Source of the DNA: the human T2T-CHM13v2.0 reference genome, Homo sapiens
Direction: 5' to 3' (one strand)
Assembly (NCBI RefSeq): GCF_009914755.1
Contig: NC_060925.1
DNA: 64,000 nucleotides
This document shows positions 30,806 to 45,017 of this stretch, in pieces. The translations under genes and the position numbers were made by a program. The stretch's first letter is position 1, and every line of letters starts with the position of its first letter. Below the pieces are notes generated by a model. That model ran no database searches and had not been told where the DNA came from. It saw nothing but the letters and a program-made list of their open reading frames with translations.

Positions 30806-32169
30806 CCCTTCCCACCCAAACCCAAACCTCAAAGAAAATAAGTTTGGAGATGTAGATGCATTGCATTGTTTTTAAAACTGAGGATCAGGACCCACTAAGA
30901 GACCATGACATACTCTGATGACAGAGTGAGAGGAGTACAGATAATACTTGTCATTCTCAAGTATTATATTAATAAATACCTTGAGAACATAAAGCTTCTT
31001 TCAGGAAATACAATCTAGTATAATTAAATGTTTTAAATGGTCCCTTCAAACCTTGTGTGGGAATGATTTCATCTTTACTGATGAGTCTGCAGCAGAGCTA
31101 ATTAGGCACTGCTAACCAGAAGTTCTGCCATAGCCATCAGTCAGGGTTCAAAAAGCTGTGAGTTGCCTAAGAGGACTCACACACTTCCATTAAGACATCA
31201 GTGAATAGGATAAAGTTTACACTAAATGTGAAGCCCAAGAGAAAGGTTATTTGGTTAGAGGCACAGATGTGGCTCTTCCTGGCACACACACCTGCAGAGT
31301 CTTTCCATCAGTCATGCAAGAAAGTTCCTTGTGACTGAGTTCATCCAATGCACAGCACGTCCCACTGCCAGCTCCTCCCACTGCTCCCAGGCAGCCTATA
31401 CCTCACAGTTGTGCTTGGTGCCTTGGCCACCTGTCTCCAATTTCTCTCTGCCCCATCAACCTGCCCCAAAATATTAAAGACAAAATTGTAGTAATGCAGA
31501 ATATCTTCTTTCCATGAAGATTTACCTAGTGATTTTGGACTATATGGTCCTAAAAAACAAAGTCTATCCAAATCTCAAGCAAAAGGCATGTGACAGGAGT
31601 CAGGCATCAAAGAAATTCATCCCAAATTAATGGACTTCAGTAACCAGACCCTGGTTCCAGCTTAGGTAGATGTTTCTACTAGTCTTAGGAGCACTGCCTC
31701 CACAGATACTTGCATTAATTATGGCGCTCCATGCATCTCCCTTAGAAAGCAAAAATATAAACATTTTTAATTGTCTTTTTGTACATTTTAATATAAGTAG
31801 AGCTCCAATTCATGTAACACTCACTAAAAATAAATGTCAACTCTTTCAGTCTCTCAATATAAAAGCACATCAGAGGCAAAATAAAACCAAAGTTGTACTA
31901 CATTCACGAGAAACTTGTTTTGTTTTGTTTTGCTTTTAATTACATGTTAAGAAAAAGAGGGGCCTAAATGGCACCACTAGTTTTTAATGATAATTTAATT
32001 TCTTCAATGTATCTGTCTTCTATGGAAGAGTATCCCAAATTGTTCGTCAGAGCCATGGTTCATCCAGCTCAAGATCCTGGCATAGGAACTTCATGGAGGA
32101 ATATGGAGGCTGTTCTCCATGTTGCCACTTTTCAATTGTATGCCATATATATTAATAAAAGGCATCAAA

Positions 32170-32346
32170 GACCCTGCCACTCTGTACAATTGTATAGGTT
32201 GTGCTCTGCATAAGAGGGACAGGCTGAAGACTACCTTGAGGCTGAAATCTGTCCTACATTCAGGAATTCACCTGGCACTCATCTGGAAGAAGAGCACCTT
32301 TTTGTTTCGTTAGATCAAAGGAGCTGTATGAGCTTGCTGGGGCCTG
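32170..32346 (+). mobile_element. MER91A-like DNA transposon fossil
   Basis: tacaattgtataggttgtgctctgcataa...ggctgaaatc...gcaccttttt...caaaggagctgtatgagct. Confidence 0.6.
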
Positions 32347-33169
32347 GCCCACCTCTGAGTAAACTCACCTTTGAGCACAATGATATCAGGGAAGCTTATA
32401 AAACAATTAATAAACTTATTGTGAAGCATCTCCTTTGGGGAAAGGGTCATAGTGACATTGTAAGAGAATCAGAGTTAAAGAGACTTTAGCTAATGATTTA
32501 ACAAGCAAAGCTTATGAGCTTTACCATTTTTATCATAGATGGCATTAAATGGCCATTACCTTCTGTGTAAGAATAGTAGCTTTTACTTTGTGGTGGCACT
32601 GAAAATTATTACTGGATCAATATCTGCAGATTTCCTTCTTCCAAGTTTCTCCAAAAAGAAGAGTTGTAGGTTGCAATGTCATAATTTATGCTTTTTTTGT
32701 CACACTGAGTTCTGGCTAACAAAAAGATTCTCCAGGTAGTCAGTGAGTGGCAGAGTGGAAAGTTGACTCTCTGGCACCTAGTCTCAAAGGAACAGGGATA
32801 CAGCAAATATAGGGGGCTATTTGAATAAGAACAACTGTGATAGCTACTTTGAGCTATCACTATGAGTATGGAATTTCAGGGAAAGAAAAAACTATTTGGA
32901 GTATTTATAGGAAGTTTTTCTCATATTGCACAGAGTAAAACCCCTGGCTTACACTCTTTAAACTATAGGAAAAAAATCAACATTATTTTTAAGGCTTTTT
33001 TGAAGTAACTCCATGCAAGGAGGAAGTCATGCAGGGTCCCAGTAATAATAAGTAGAGTTATTCTTCTTTAGCATTTGGGACCAATAAGAAGATCTTCCAG
33101 TACTGAATGCTCATCATAATGACATTTGCAGATTAGCAAGCTTGAAATTTTTAAAAATAAAGCCACAAA

Positions 33170-34530
33170 AAATTTGACAAGCATTAGAGAAAGGCTTTCT
33201 AAGTAAAAAGCAAAAACCATTGAGGAAAACATTCATATATTTGAGAAAAAAATTAAAATTATTAGTATATTAAAAACACTATAAATAAGAAACCAGGATG
33301 CAATATTTGCAACGTACATGGTAGACAGAGAGTTACTACCTGATACATAAAAAAAGTTCTTTTACATCAACAGGAAAAAGAAGAATTCTTTAATTGAAAA
33401 ATAGGCAAAGAATACAAAGAGGCAAATTACAAAAGGAAAATAAACATAGGAGTTTAAATTCAACTGTACCAGTATCACACAGTAAGTTCCATTCTTGGCC
33501 ATCAAATTGGTGAAGGTTAAAAACTGAAATGAATTCCCTGTGATGGAAGATTATGGGAAAGCAGACACTCTTCTACTCTGCTGGTTCGTCAGTATTTCTG
33601 TGTAGAGGATACAACAGTAAATGAGAAAGACAGACCCAGCCCCCATGGAACTCAAGGTCTGTGGGGAAAGCACCACAAACACAGATAGAAATAAAATAGT
33701 CAGGGTGGATTTTGGGTGTAGCTGTCAGGTAGAACCCACATTCATTACCCAACTCTTCATCTGAACCCTGTGGTGTAGACATGGGCTAGAAAGGCCAGAA
33801 TCCAGTCTTTTGGAATGCATGTGGCATACAAGGTATGTTTCCATAGTAGGGCTTCTCATTAAAACCATCCCACAGGTGGGGCCAGAATCAGGATTAGGGA
33901 ATGGAGGAACACATTTTCTCTTTCTCAGCATTGAAAATAAAGAAACAAACAAGGATAAAACTACTCCTACTTCTTGTTAAGAAGAGGAAACTGTAAATAT
34001 TTATAATGTAATATGAAGATTAACCTGATGTGTTGGATGTTTTTACTTCCATGATCTCAAGCCAATTCTTCTCTTTAAAAATGACCTTCCTGCCATTTAA
34101 AGTAGTTTTAAACTGTCTACATCTTAACCCATTTACCCTAATTCTGGACTATATTCTAAAAAGTAATAATTAAAGAGAAGCTCAAAGGGTTATGTTTCTC
34201 TCAGTATTGTTTGTAATAGAAAAATAAAAATTAGAATACTCTACAACAACCTGAAAACTATTTAATAAAAGATTACTAGAAGTAGTTAATATTTTTGTTT
34301 GCTAAGATTTTTTCATGAAGAAAAGTGCCCTGAGCATATTTTACATAAATAGTTTATAAAATGGTATGTTTACTACATCCAAATAGTTTTAAAATATATA
34401 TAATGATGAGAAAGACCAAATGCATGCATTAAAATGTTAATAGTCATTTCCCTGGGTGGGGAAAATGCAAATATTTTGGCTTATATTTTGAAATGTTCTA
34501 TACTTTCTAAATTTTCTACAGAAATAATTG
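33170..34530 (+). mobile_element. L1ME-type ORF2 end/3'UTR fragments (interrupted about 33600-34090)
   Basis: atatttgcaac...aaaaataggcaaagaatacaaagaggcaaattaca; ccatcaaattgg; attgtttgtaatagaaaaa; aaaatgttaatagtcatttccctgggtgggg. Confidence 0.6.
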
Positions 34531-35059
34531 GGGAGGAAATGTATAATCCTTTCAAGTTTTAGTTTTTTGGAGTTATGCATGTCATTTAATTTCTCAAAAT
34601 GATGAGGTACATAAATGATTATAATTTTTCTTTTTATAACCATGAATCATCAGGAAATCATGATTAAAGTTTTACTTTTTAATTTTAGTTTCTTGGTAGA
34701 AAAGTACAACCTGACTCCAGTGGTATCTGTTATTTTCATTTAGGAAAGATAAAAGAGTACAATTACATCCTAGAACTGTGAGAAACTATCCACATTTCAG
34801 TGTTTAAGTGAGTTATTCCCAGGGGTGGTTTTGTGATGCCCCATCCTGTTATTTCCAATGACTATTTCTGATGTTATTTCATATTTCTCAAAGGATTATC
34901 ACAATCTATGAACCATCTTTTGCCTCACCCACTCTTCAATCTTTCATGTGTAATCTGTTGAAAGTTCTCCTTGATGCTTCTTTCCAAACCGATATGGTTA
35001 TTTTGAATATTTCTTTGGAACGTTTAAACTACATTTTAAAATTTAATTCTTTTTAATGG

Positions 35060-35490
35060 CAAAATCAATTTCTGATCAATGTGGAAAAGTTCGAAAACAC
35101 AGGTGCATCAAAAAAGAAGATACGTCCCATAATCCCACAGCCCAGAGAGGATGACTCTAAATCCCATGGTATATCTATGCCTTTTCTCATGCATAAATTT
35201 TCACTACACATCACACACACAAACATACATATTTTCACCAAATAGGATTATATTGCCTATACATTTTGTCTTTTCACTTAGCAATATATACTGAACATTT
35301 TTCCAAGTCAACAAAAATGTATCTATAGTATCATTTTGAAGTGTAAAATGTATTCAACTGTGTAATGTTTATCATTTATTTAATTCTGTAATAATAAACA
35401 TTTAAATTTTCTATTTTTTAAATGTTTTTAATCATTATTGTCATAAAATGCACTGCAATGAACAACCTTGTAGTTAAATTTGCACGTCAT
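35060..35490 (-). mobile_element. L1ME-type 3'UTR fragment
   Basis: cccataatcccac...aaataggattatatt...ttttcacttagcaatatata...gcaatgaacaaccttgta. Confidence 0.6.
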
Positions 35491-35587
35491 CTAGCTTGAG
35501 CTACGTTTTTTGTATATATGTTGGACGCTAACAAAGTCATCAAAGTAAATTCACAATTCTCTCCTCTACATGTGATGTACAATATAA

Positions 35588-35891
<304 letters not shown>

Positions 35892-36556
35892 CAGTATTTC
35901 TTAAATTTAAAAAATATGTGAATCTCTTTAAAAGAAAACATTTCTGCAGACCTCAATTTGTGTTTAATTTTTTTTATCAAGTGCCTTCTTAATATTTAGT
36001 AACATAAAGTACGTATAAATTATTAATGCTACAGCTCTATACAACTATAAAACCAAAATGAATTTACAAAATAGGTAAAACTTCAGGACCAATGCAATTC
36101 AAACAAAGTTATTTAATATGCCACCTGGTGTTGTTTTGCTAAAAGTGAATTGCTGCTTGTAGAGTGATGGCCAAGTTCGCCTTCTACTAGGCAGACATGG
36201 AAGACTGTGTGTATCCTGCAATGGCTTTGTTCTCCTCAAGCTTTTCTCAGCTTGAGTACTGAAAAACATTCTTTCCTACAAGCCACCTAAACATTGCTTA
36301 GCCTTCATTTTGCTGGTGTTCATCACTTGAGTACTGGCTGCCACTCACTCCCCAACCTCCACTAACCCAACAAAAAAGTAGCACAACTTAGCTTGGGTGC
36401 CAGCATCATCCTAAATATAAATGCAAATGTAGGCACTGAATTCACCAGGTTGCTCTTGGGTCTAAGGAGGTCATATAACCCAGGATATAGTTAATCATTT
36501 TTTTAAAAATAGCACAAAAACAAAATGTAACTTTTAAAGTTTTGTAACAAACTCCC

Positions 36557-36972
36557 TGATGTTGTTTGGATCTGTGTCGCCACCCATCTGTGTCTCATGT
36601 TGAATTGTAATCTTCAATGTTGGCGGTGGGGCCTGGTGGGAGGTAATTGGATCGTAGGGGGTGGATCCTTTATGAATGGTTTAGCACCATTCATTTGATG
36701 CTGTCTTGTGATAGAGTTCTCATGAGATCTGGCTGTTTAAAAGTGTGTGATGCCTCCCCACTCTCTCTCTTCCTCCTGCTCCTGCCATGTAAGACGTCTA
36801 CTCCCGCTTTGCCTTACACCGTTAGTAAAAGCTTGCTGAGGCCTCCCCAGAAGCAGATGCCACCATGCTTCCTGCACAGCCTGCAGAACCATGAGTCAAT
36901 TAAACCTCTTGTCTTTGTAAATTACCCAATCTCGGGCATTTCTGTATAGTAGTGTGAGAACAGACTAATACA
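36557..36972 (+). mobile_element. MSTA/B (MaLR) solo LTR
   Basis: tgatgttgtttggatctgtgtc...atgaatggtttagcacca...ccagaagcagatgcc...cagactaataca; TSD ctccc/ccccc. Confidence 0.92.
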
Positions 36973-37000
36973 CCCCCTAAACCCCCGTATGCCCTAGTGA

Positions 37001-37288
<288 letters not shown>

Positions 37289-37392
37289 TAGAGTACCAGA
37301 AAGATTTAGAAGGGGATTGCTCACAATCTTGAATATGTGAGGTGCTGTGTGACATATATTTACATACATTGAAAGGCTTAGCCAAATTCTAG

Positions 37393-37615
37393 AGGCAGTA
37401 TTTCTTAGCAGTTATTTGAACAACAGGCTTTGGAGCCAATCAGGTTTGGTATATAATCCAGATTCTGTTTCTCATTTATTTTCTTCTTTGGGGTATGTTA
37501 CTTAAATTCTCCTACCTTCTCCTTTGTATTTGAAACTGTAACCTGAAGCTTTCGAGTATGTTGTAACAATCAAATGAGGTTTTATGTGTAAAGAAACTCT
37601 AATGCTGCTTAGTAC
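37393..37615 (+). mobile_element. MIR SINE
   Basis: aggcagtat...caggctttggagccaa...gttacttaa...gttgtaacaatcaaatgag. Confidence 0.55.
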
Positions 37616-37619
37616 TTGT

Positions 37620-38100
37620 ATAAAGTCTGAACTCCTTGATATGGCCCACAAGTCACTGTCTCTCTGATATCATCTCCTCCCATTCTTTTCGTAACTTATG
37701 GTCAAACTCATTCTACTATGAACATTTTGAGCTTCTTCCTGCCTGGAGAACTTTACACCTGCTGCTCCATCTGCCTGATACATTCTTCTTCCAAAATTCA
37801 CAAGATACACTCAATTATCACCCTTCAGTCTCTGCTCAGACATCACTTCTGCCTAAAATAAAATTGTCTCTGTCACTCACCCAGAATTCTTCCGAGCCCT
37901 AACTCTGCTTTATTTTTCTTTCCTATAGATGTTATTGCTCCCTGAAATTATGCTATCTGTTTATTTGCTTGTCTGTCCTTTCTCTGTCTCCCCATTGAAT
38001 GTTAAGTTTTTTGACATTAGGGACATTGTTTTATTTCCTATCATATCTCCAGTGCCACAACTGTACTTTCCCAAAGTGAACACTCAACATGTTAGTTGAA
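37620..38100 (+). mobile_element. L2 3' region
   Basis: tctctgctcagacatcacttc...tgtttatttgcttgtctg...ccccattgaatgttaag...agggac...atatctccagtgcc. Confidence 0.7.
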
Positions 38101-38463
38101 ACTTTATCATCCCTGAAACAAAGCTTTGATATCAAGTTGCAAAAAATGTAAGTCTTTCATACAGACAATTATAAGATAAATTAACATCAATTACTAAACT
38201 CCTACCACATATTTAGCACTGTAGTAAGAGCTCTAAAGAATGGGAAAAACATATGACAAGAAGTTCAAGCATGGAGCAATTGAGATGATATAAAATAAAT
38301 GTAGTTTATTACCATATGCAAGACTCTAGACTTTTTCACTTAAATTACTAATAAAAGGAACTATGGAATATAGAGAACAAATGGAAAGAAGAAAAGCATT
38401 TAAAAAACCCCACAACCATGACACCTTGGTATCTTACTTTTATTGTTTTTTTTTCAGGTGTTT

Positions 38464-38854
38464 GTATTTATAAGAATAAAGAGAAACTTTAACGAGTGAT
38501 TCCATAATTTCAGTGGCTTAACTCTCAATAATTCACAGTCGAATGAGGGACTTTGTTCTACACAGTCATTTAGTGACAAAGTTTCCTTATATCTTGAGGC
38601 TCTGTCCTCTTCTACATGCTTACTCGATTCCTCTCCATTCAGCCAGTAGGTGAGTAAAGAAAGTGAGGACTGCATGTTCTATATGGGTCTGACATGGAAC
38701 TGCTGTATGTCAGTACAGGCTCCAGAATATTCTACTTATTCTGGAACCCAGTCATGTGGCAATACCTAAAGCAAGGAACCTGGAAACTACAATCTTGCTG
38801 TGTAACTAAGAAAAGGTTATTATGGATTTACTAAGCAAAACAGTCTCTACCACA
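38464..38854 (-). mobile_element. MLT1J-like (MaLR) LTR
   Basis: aatttcagtggcttaac...tctacacagtcattt...ggaacccagtcatgtggc...cagtctctaccaca. Confidence 0.65.
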
Positions 38855-39212
38855 GCACAAAAAAATAGATAGTTGTAATATTATTTAATAATATTATTTA
38901 GTAGAAACCATAGATCTGGAGATACATTCTGACTAACAGAGATGTTTCTGTTACATTGGGAATAATTGCACCAAATCACCAGTTTATTTCAATAATAAAT
39001 TAAAGAAATTACAATTGTTTTAGTTTAATTTTTATCCGGGTACCACTATGAAAGCCATTAACATGCTATATACTTTCTTAAAATTCATTTTGGTGATCAT
39101 TTAAAAGATTTGTGACTCTGAGGTACAAATTGTTGTTATAACTTTTGTGATAATAGTGCATCATAGTTGGCGATAATCTTGTAGGTTAATCTATCACCTT
39201 TTATAATATTAC

Positions 39213-40783
39213 TGTCATGAGATCCTTGGGGTGTTGCTTTGCCAACTGGAAACCTCTGTGGCTGGCAGTGCCTTCTGCCTCAGTATTGTTCACACCTGCT
39301 GGACTCCTTCCACCCACTCAGCCCGGCAGGCTGCACTTGGCTCGTGCTACTGGCCGGGATCCCACAGCTGCCAAGGGCTAGCAGGCACAAAGTGGTGAGG
39401 GGTGTGTGGGTATGGCAATGGAGGGTCCTGCCACTACACACAACCAGGCACACCAGTGGCTGCGATGAGATTGTCAGCTCCAGGTGCCAGCTCCATTCAA
39501 GGCTATGGCTGGACCAGAGGTACTGCATGCAGCTTCTGCTGTGGGCACCTGCATCTGGATGAGGGGAATGCAGTGGCGCCTGGAAACTTGGAGATGCCAG
39601 GAACCACAAAGCCCCAAAGAGGGTGTCCCAACTCTGGCTTGGAGAGCCCCTAAGGTCTGGGCTCCCCAAAGGCTACAACTCTTCTCTTCTCTCCTTATCA
39701 TCCGTAGCCTGTCCGACATCCAGGAAGAATAAGTTCTGCAGACAACCGGAGGGTGAGCAAGGCAGACAGGAGCTTCATTGAGGAACAGAACAGCTCTCAG
39801 GAGACCTGAAGTGGGTAGCTCCTTTCCACAGGCAGGTTGTCCCAAAGAGTGTCCAGCTCTCAGCAGAGAGGAGACCTCTAGTCCGTAGCTTCTAGCACCT
39901 TTCCACAGGCAGTTGGTCCTGATGAGTCAAGGAAACCCAAAGTAGGTAGCTCCTTCTCGCAGCTGGTGGTCCTGATGAGTCAAGGAAACCCAAAGTAGGT
40001 AGCTCCTTCTCGCAGCTGGTAGTCCTGATCTCTGTCCAAGTCTGGCTAAGTCTAGGGTTTTTACAGGCTCAGAAGGGAGGAAGTGGATGCTGATTGGCTC
40101 CTGGGCAGCCATGGGCAGCCCGGAAAAAGCACCATAAGTTCTCACTGCAATCCATGAAACTGGCAGTCCAGCCACCTGGCTTCAGGCCGTCCCTGGCTTG
40201 AAGGTGGGGCTTGACTAGGGACTTGCAGCTTTCCGCTAGGAGCCTGCCTGCCTCCTGTTGCCATCAACCTACCATCCATGACGCGCATGGCACCCAGGCT
40301 GTTTGTGCTGAGGGGCACATGCAGGCCTACGCTGAGCTGCCCTCAGCACCGCCTCAGCCTCCCTCCCATGCTTATCAGTGCCCAAAGTCCAGAGGGGTCC
40401 CAGATGGAAGGGGGCTGGCGTGTCAGCACTGCCCTAAGCACAGATACACCTGGTCAGATCATGACAGCACCTGGACTGGCCTCAATTTTGCTCCAAAATC
40501 GGAGTGAGTGCCAGGAGCAGGGAGAAGCCAGACAGCGGAAGCAGGCACTATTGAGCCTACAGGAAATGGGGGGCTTTCTGGGTCCCTGGGAGTACACAGA
40601 TGCCCGGTCTGCAGCTGCAGCCACCCAGCTGGGAGAGCAGGGTTCCCACCCCACCAACTCAGCAGTGTTGTCTCTGGCCTGCCAGCTCCATTGAGTATGC
40701 AGCCCTGGCCCACACCTCCCCTGCTGCAGCTGGTGTCCCCCTAGTGGCTTCTTCTGATGGACCACCTGCCGTCATTGCTCATC
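39213..40783 (-). mobile_element. MER52-family (ERV1) long solo LTR
   Basis: GC-rich, about 1.57 kb. Begins tgtcatgagatccttggggtgttgctttgccaactggaaacctctgtggc (reverse complement of the MER52 3' end); internal gtagctcct repeats; CCAAT box on the minus strand near 40094. Confidence 0.85.
39914..40019 (+). repeat. Perfect 53-bp tandem duplication within the MER52 LTR
   Basis: tggtcctgatgagtcaaggaaacccaaagtaggtagctccttctcgcagctgg x2, identical. Confidence 0.97.
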
Positions 40784-41399
40784 CTACTTTGAGCATTTAT
40801 TTTCATTCATAGCACAGTTAAGGTGAACTACATATTAGGACATTTTTTTCAAAATGTTTATGACGTATTTTCTGAACCCTTGCCTATCTGATGATAGTTT
40901 TCTATTGCTTTCATATAGGAAAAACTAATTTGTGAATAAAATGCTTATATCTCAACATTTCTCCTTGAAAAAGTGTAACTATGGCAGAAAAATGAAAATC
41001 CAGCCTGTTTTTTGTTTCTTCTTGCTGTCCTATATTTTTACCCAAATAACATGCAAATTCTTTTTTATTAGTATTGCCAAGAATTTGCTGAGGTTTTCCA
41101 ATTTCATAAGTAAACATTTTTCAGTTCCACAAAATTTTCTGTAATTATGTTATTTCTTCTCTTCCTGTTATTTTGATTTCTTGTCCAGAAAAAAAAACCC
41201 AGAATCCTTATATTAGATGTGTGTTTTCTGTCCTCCACATCTTTCATATTTTCTTTCATCACTTTCATCTATTTGTTTTATTTTATATTCTTGGAAAACC
41301 TCTCAAGTTGATTTAATTCCTGTTTTCATGAAACTATGGGAAATAAAGTCATGAAAAGAGCAATGAAAATACAATGGAATGGAAATTAATAGAACTACA

Positions 41400-42320
41400 T
41401 ATAATATTTTGTGAAACCAGAATTGCAGGAATATTTAATTCTTCCTGAAGTATACATCTGGGAAGACATCAGGCAGGAGGTACACGTGGCATAGCTCTGG
41501 AAAGACAAGTATGTTTCCATCAGTTGAACAAGTCAGCAAATGTTATTTTAGGCAGAAGAAAGAACATATTTAAGGGCATCATGTGTCATTACAAAATGTG
41601 CTGTTTTCAGGGGCCAGAGAGATATTCCGGGAGGCTGAATCTTAAACTCTCATGAGAGGAGTAGTGGTAGGAAGCTGATGTGGTTTGAGGCCAGATGGTG
41701 ACTCTCGTGATATACAGGTGGGTTAGAGTAAGGCAGGTGGATAAAAGGAACAGAGGAGAGAAGGAAGCCTCTACCATTCTAGCTTGGAAGAATGGCTAGA
41801 TTATTTTTACATTTATTAAGAGAAATAAAGATAGAGGAGCATATTTGCTAGAAGATAACTAGCACAATTTAAAAATATGAGATTTGAATGTCTATAAGGT
41901 TTTTGGATCACACTGTAGGAATGTGTTTAGAACTATGAGCCTTGCACTAAGAAGAGATATTAGGATTCCGTGGAGATTTGAAAGGATATAAAGGAGTTAC
42001 ATTTCAGTGTTTGAGATTTCCCAGAGTAAGTATCTGCAATGGAAAAAGAACTGGTATTGGACCACTTGGGAATATCTCTCTTTAATTTTCAAAAAAGAAA
42101 TATAATGAATGAGAAAGTGGTCAGTGGTGCCAAATTATTCAGAGTGATCCAGTAAGATGAAGAATTTAAAATGCCATTTTCCTGACTTGAAAATTAGAGG
42201 TGATTGAGACCAGGATGAGATCAGCTGCAGCTGAGTGATGTTTGGGGAAGCCAGAAGCCAGAGTGCATTTGGCAGAGCAGTGAAGGCAAGGTGACAAAGG
42301 TGAGGCAATGAAGGTCTTGC
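41400..42320 (-). mobile_element. L2 fragment, highly diverged
   Basis: Purine-rich antisense L2 pattern (ttttaggcagaagaaagaaca...; tctagcttggaagaatgg; gtggtcagtggtgccaaatt...agtaagatgaaga). Confidence 0.55.
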
Positions 42321-43089
42321 TTAGCAATAACGAAGCCCATTGCATTTTTCCTGATTTACAACTGCAAACATTTAGCATTTTTCCTGTCACCAAAGTGTTT
42401 GCATAAGGGCAACTTTGCTGCCCACGAGGGAATTAGGCTGCCAATTTCCTCCTGCCTGAATATCATGTTATAAATCAAGGTATAATTAGAGAAGAGAAGC
42501 ACAAAGGTATTCATTACTCTGGAGTGCATGAAATTCTGGAAAAGCATCAATGAAAACACTTTTGCAAATCACTGTGTGTAAGAATGGACTAATACTGTAG
42601 TAGGTCACAATGTCTCCCTAGGGTCATGGCCCCCACAGACCATTCTGTCACCTTCACTCTGCTTCCATATTTCCATTTTCACTCCCATCACTTTGCTCAA
42701 TCTCAGTCCCCTGCCCAGATTCTGCTACATTTGTTACAGCATTCAGCAAAGAGTTCAGAGTTCCTTAAGTGCTGTGGATCTAGTAGGGATGTAGAGATAC
42801 CAACCTGTATCAAGCTATAAAACCTTTTTTTTTTTAAATCTCTTCTCTTCCCTCAGTTCTTTATTCTCCAATAAAACCTAGAGATATATCACATTTTGTC
42901 AGCATGAGAAACTTTCTCTATTAATCCCTAGTTTTAGTTGCCAGGATATCTGAATCTCAAGAATACCAATGTTCTCTTTGTATCATACCTGCACCTCCCA
43001 GGAATTATAATCCACAGCTCAGACAAACTTATAAGGAGATCATTTGCTTCGACTTATATCTTTGTAACTTTTAACTACTTTTAAGGCTT

Positions 43090-43550
43090 ACAACAATGTA
43101 ATGCATGCTTATTAAAAAAATTAGAAAAATACAAAAAGAGCATGATGAAAAAAAATCCTACAGTAATTCTACAAAACAGAAAACTGAAATATTTTTATTT
43201 TGGTATGAGGCTTTCAAATTGACTTTTAATTTTCAAACATTACACAGAAAGAAAAATATACATACACTTTTAGCTAGCCTTTTAAAACTGAAAAGCATAT
43301 GTCTGGATCAAGGACCAATAATACAAAAAGTTATATATTGAAAGTAAATCTATCTCCTTTGCCTCACAACCTTAATCCTGTTTCCCAGGAGCAACCCATG
43401 TTAGCATTTAATTCTGTACTCTTCCAAATGTTCACTGGCATGTGAAAGTATGCAAATTGTAGAAATAAATTCACTTTAAATAAACTTAATATACTGCACA
43501 TACTGATTTATCCTGCCTATTTAACTAAATTTTTAATTTTCTCTTAAATA
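43090..43550 (-). mobile_element. L1ME-type 3'UTR fragment (continues at about 48190-48420)
   Basis: aaaaattagaaaaatacaaaaagag...tcccaggagcaacccatgttagcattt; resumes gggctgtttccaacttt...atatgccaaattaccttcc. Confidence 0.5.
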
Positions 43551-43592
43551 TTTTCAGATAAAATTACTTTTATTAATTATATGTTATTTATT

Positions 43593-44968
43593 TATTCAAG
43601 GGAGAAGTTGCAATATTTGGTTTTCTTTTCCTGCATTACTTTGCTTAGGAAAATGGCCTCCAGCTCCATCCTTGTTGCTGCAAATGATGTCATCTCATTT
43701 TTCATGGCTGCATAGTATTCCATGATGTATATGCACCACATTTTCTTTATCCAGTCTACCACTGACAGGCACCTACGTTGATTCCATGTCTTTGCTATTC
43801 TGGAAAGTGCTGTGATGAACGTACGCTTGCATGTGTCTCTATGGTAGAACAATTTATATTCCTTTGGATATATACCTAGCAATGGGATTGCTGGGTCAAA
43901 TGGTAGTTCTGTTTTAAGTTCTTTGAGAAATTGCCAAACTGCTTTCCACAGTGGCTAAACTAATTTACATTCCCAACAGCAGTATATAAGAGTCCCCTTT
44001 TCTCCACAACCTTGCCAGCATTTGTTAATTTTGACTTTTTAGTAATAGCCATTTGGCTGGTGTGAGATGGAATCTGATTGTGATTTTGATATGTATTTCT
44101 CTAAAGTTTAGTGATATTGAGTATTTGTTCATAAGCTTGTTGGTCATATGCTTTTGCAAAATCTCTTCATGTCTTTTGCCCACTTTTAAGTGTTTTTTTT
44201 CTTATAAATTTGTTTAAGCTCCTTATACATTCTGGGATTTTTTTTTTTTTTTTTTTTGCTCATACATTTGTTTAAGCTCCTTATGAATTCTGGATATTAA
44301 ACTTTCTTCTGCTGGCTTTGGGGTTGGCTTGCTTTTGTTTCTTTAGTTCCCCTAGTTCAAATATTAGGTTCGTAATTTTTGATATTTTTAACTTTTTGGT
44401 TAGTAGACATTTACTGCTATAAACTTCCCTCTTAACACTACTTTAGCTGTGTCCCAAAGATTCTCATATGTTTTTCTTCATTCTCACTAGTTTCCAAGAA
44501 GTTCTTGATTTCTGCCTTAATTTCATTATTTACCCAGAAGTCACTCAGGAACAGGTTGTTTAATTTCCCTGCAATTTTATGGTTTTGAGTGATTTTCTTA
44601 ACATTGATTTCGATTTTTGTTGCTCTGTGGTCCAAAAATGTGGTTGGTATGGTTTCAACTTTTTTTTTTTTTAATTTGCTGAGGATGGTTTTATGACCAA
44701 TTGGGTGGTCAATTTTAGAGTACATGCCATGTGCAGATGAGAAGAATGTATAGTATGTTGTTTTGGGGTTGAGAGTTTTATAAATGTGTAATAAGTCCAT
44801 TTGGCCAAGTGATGAGTTCAGGCACCGAATATCTTTGTTTGTTTTCTGCCTTGATGATCTAATGCTGTCAGTTGGGTGTTGAAGTCTCCCACTATTATTA
44901 TGTGGTTATCTAAGTCTCTCCTTAGGTCTTTAAGAACTTGCTTTATGAATCTGGGTGCTCCTATATGG

Positions 44969-45017
<49 letters not shown>

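Noticed and set aside
35910-36540. Possible DNA-transposon remnant
   Set aside because: No TIRs or family could be identified with confidence.
39213-40812. GC-rich block with many overlapping ORFs as a gene or CpG island
   Set aside because: Explained by the MER52 LTR; CpGs largely decayed to TG/CA.
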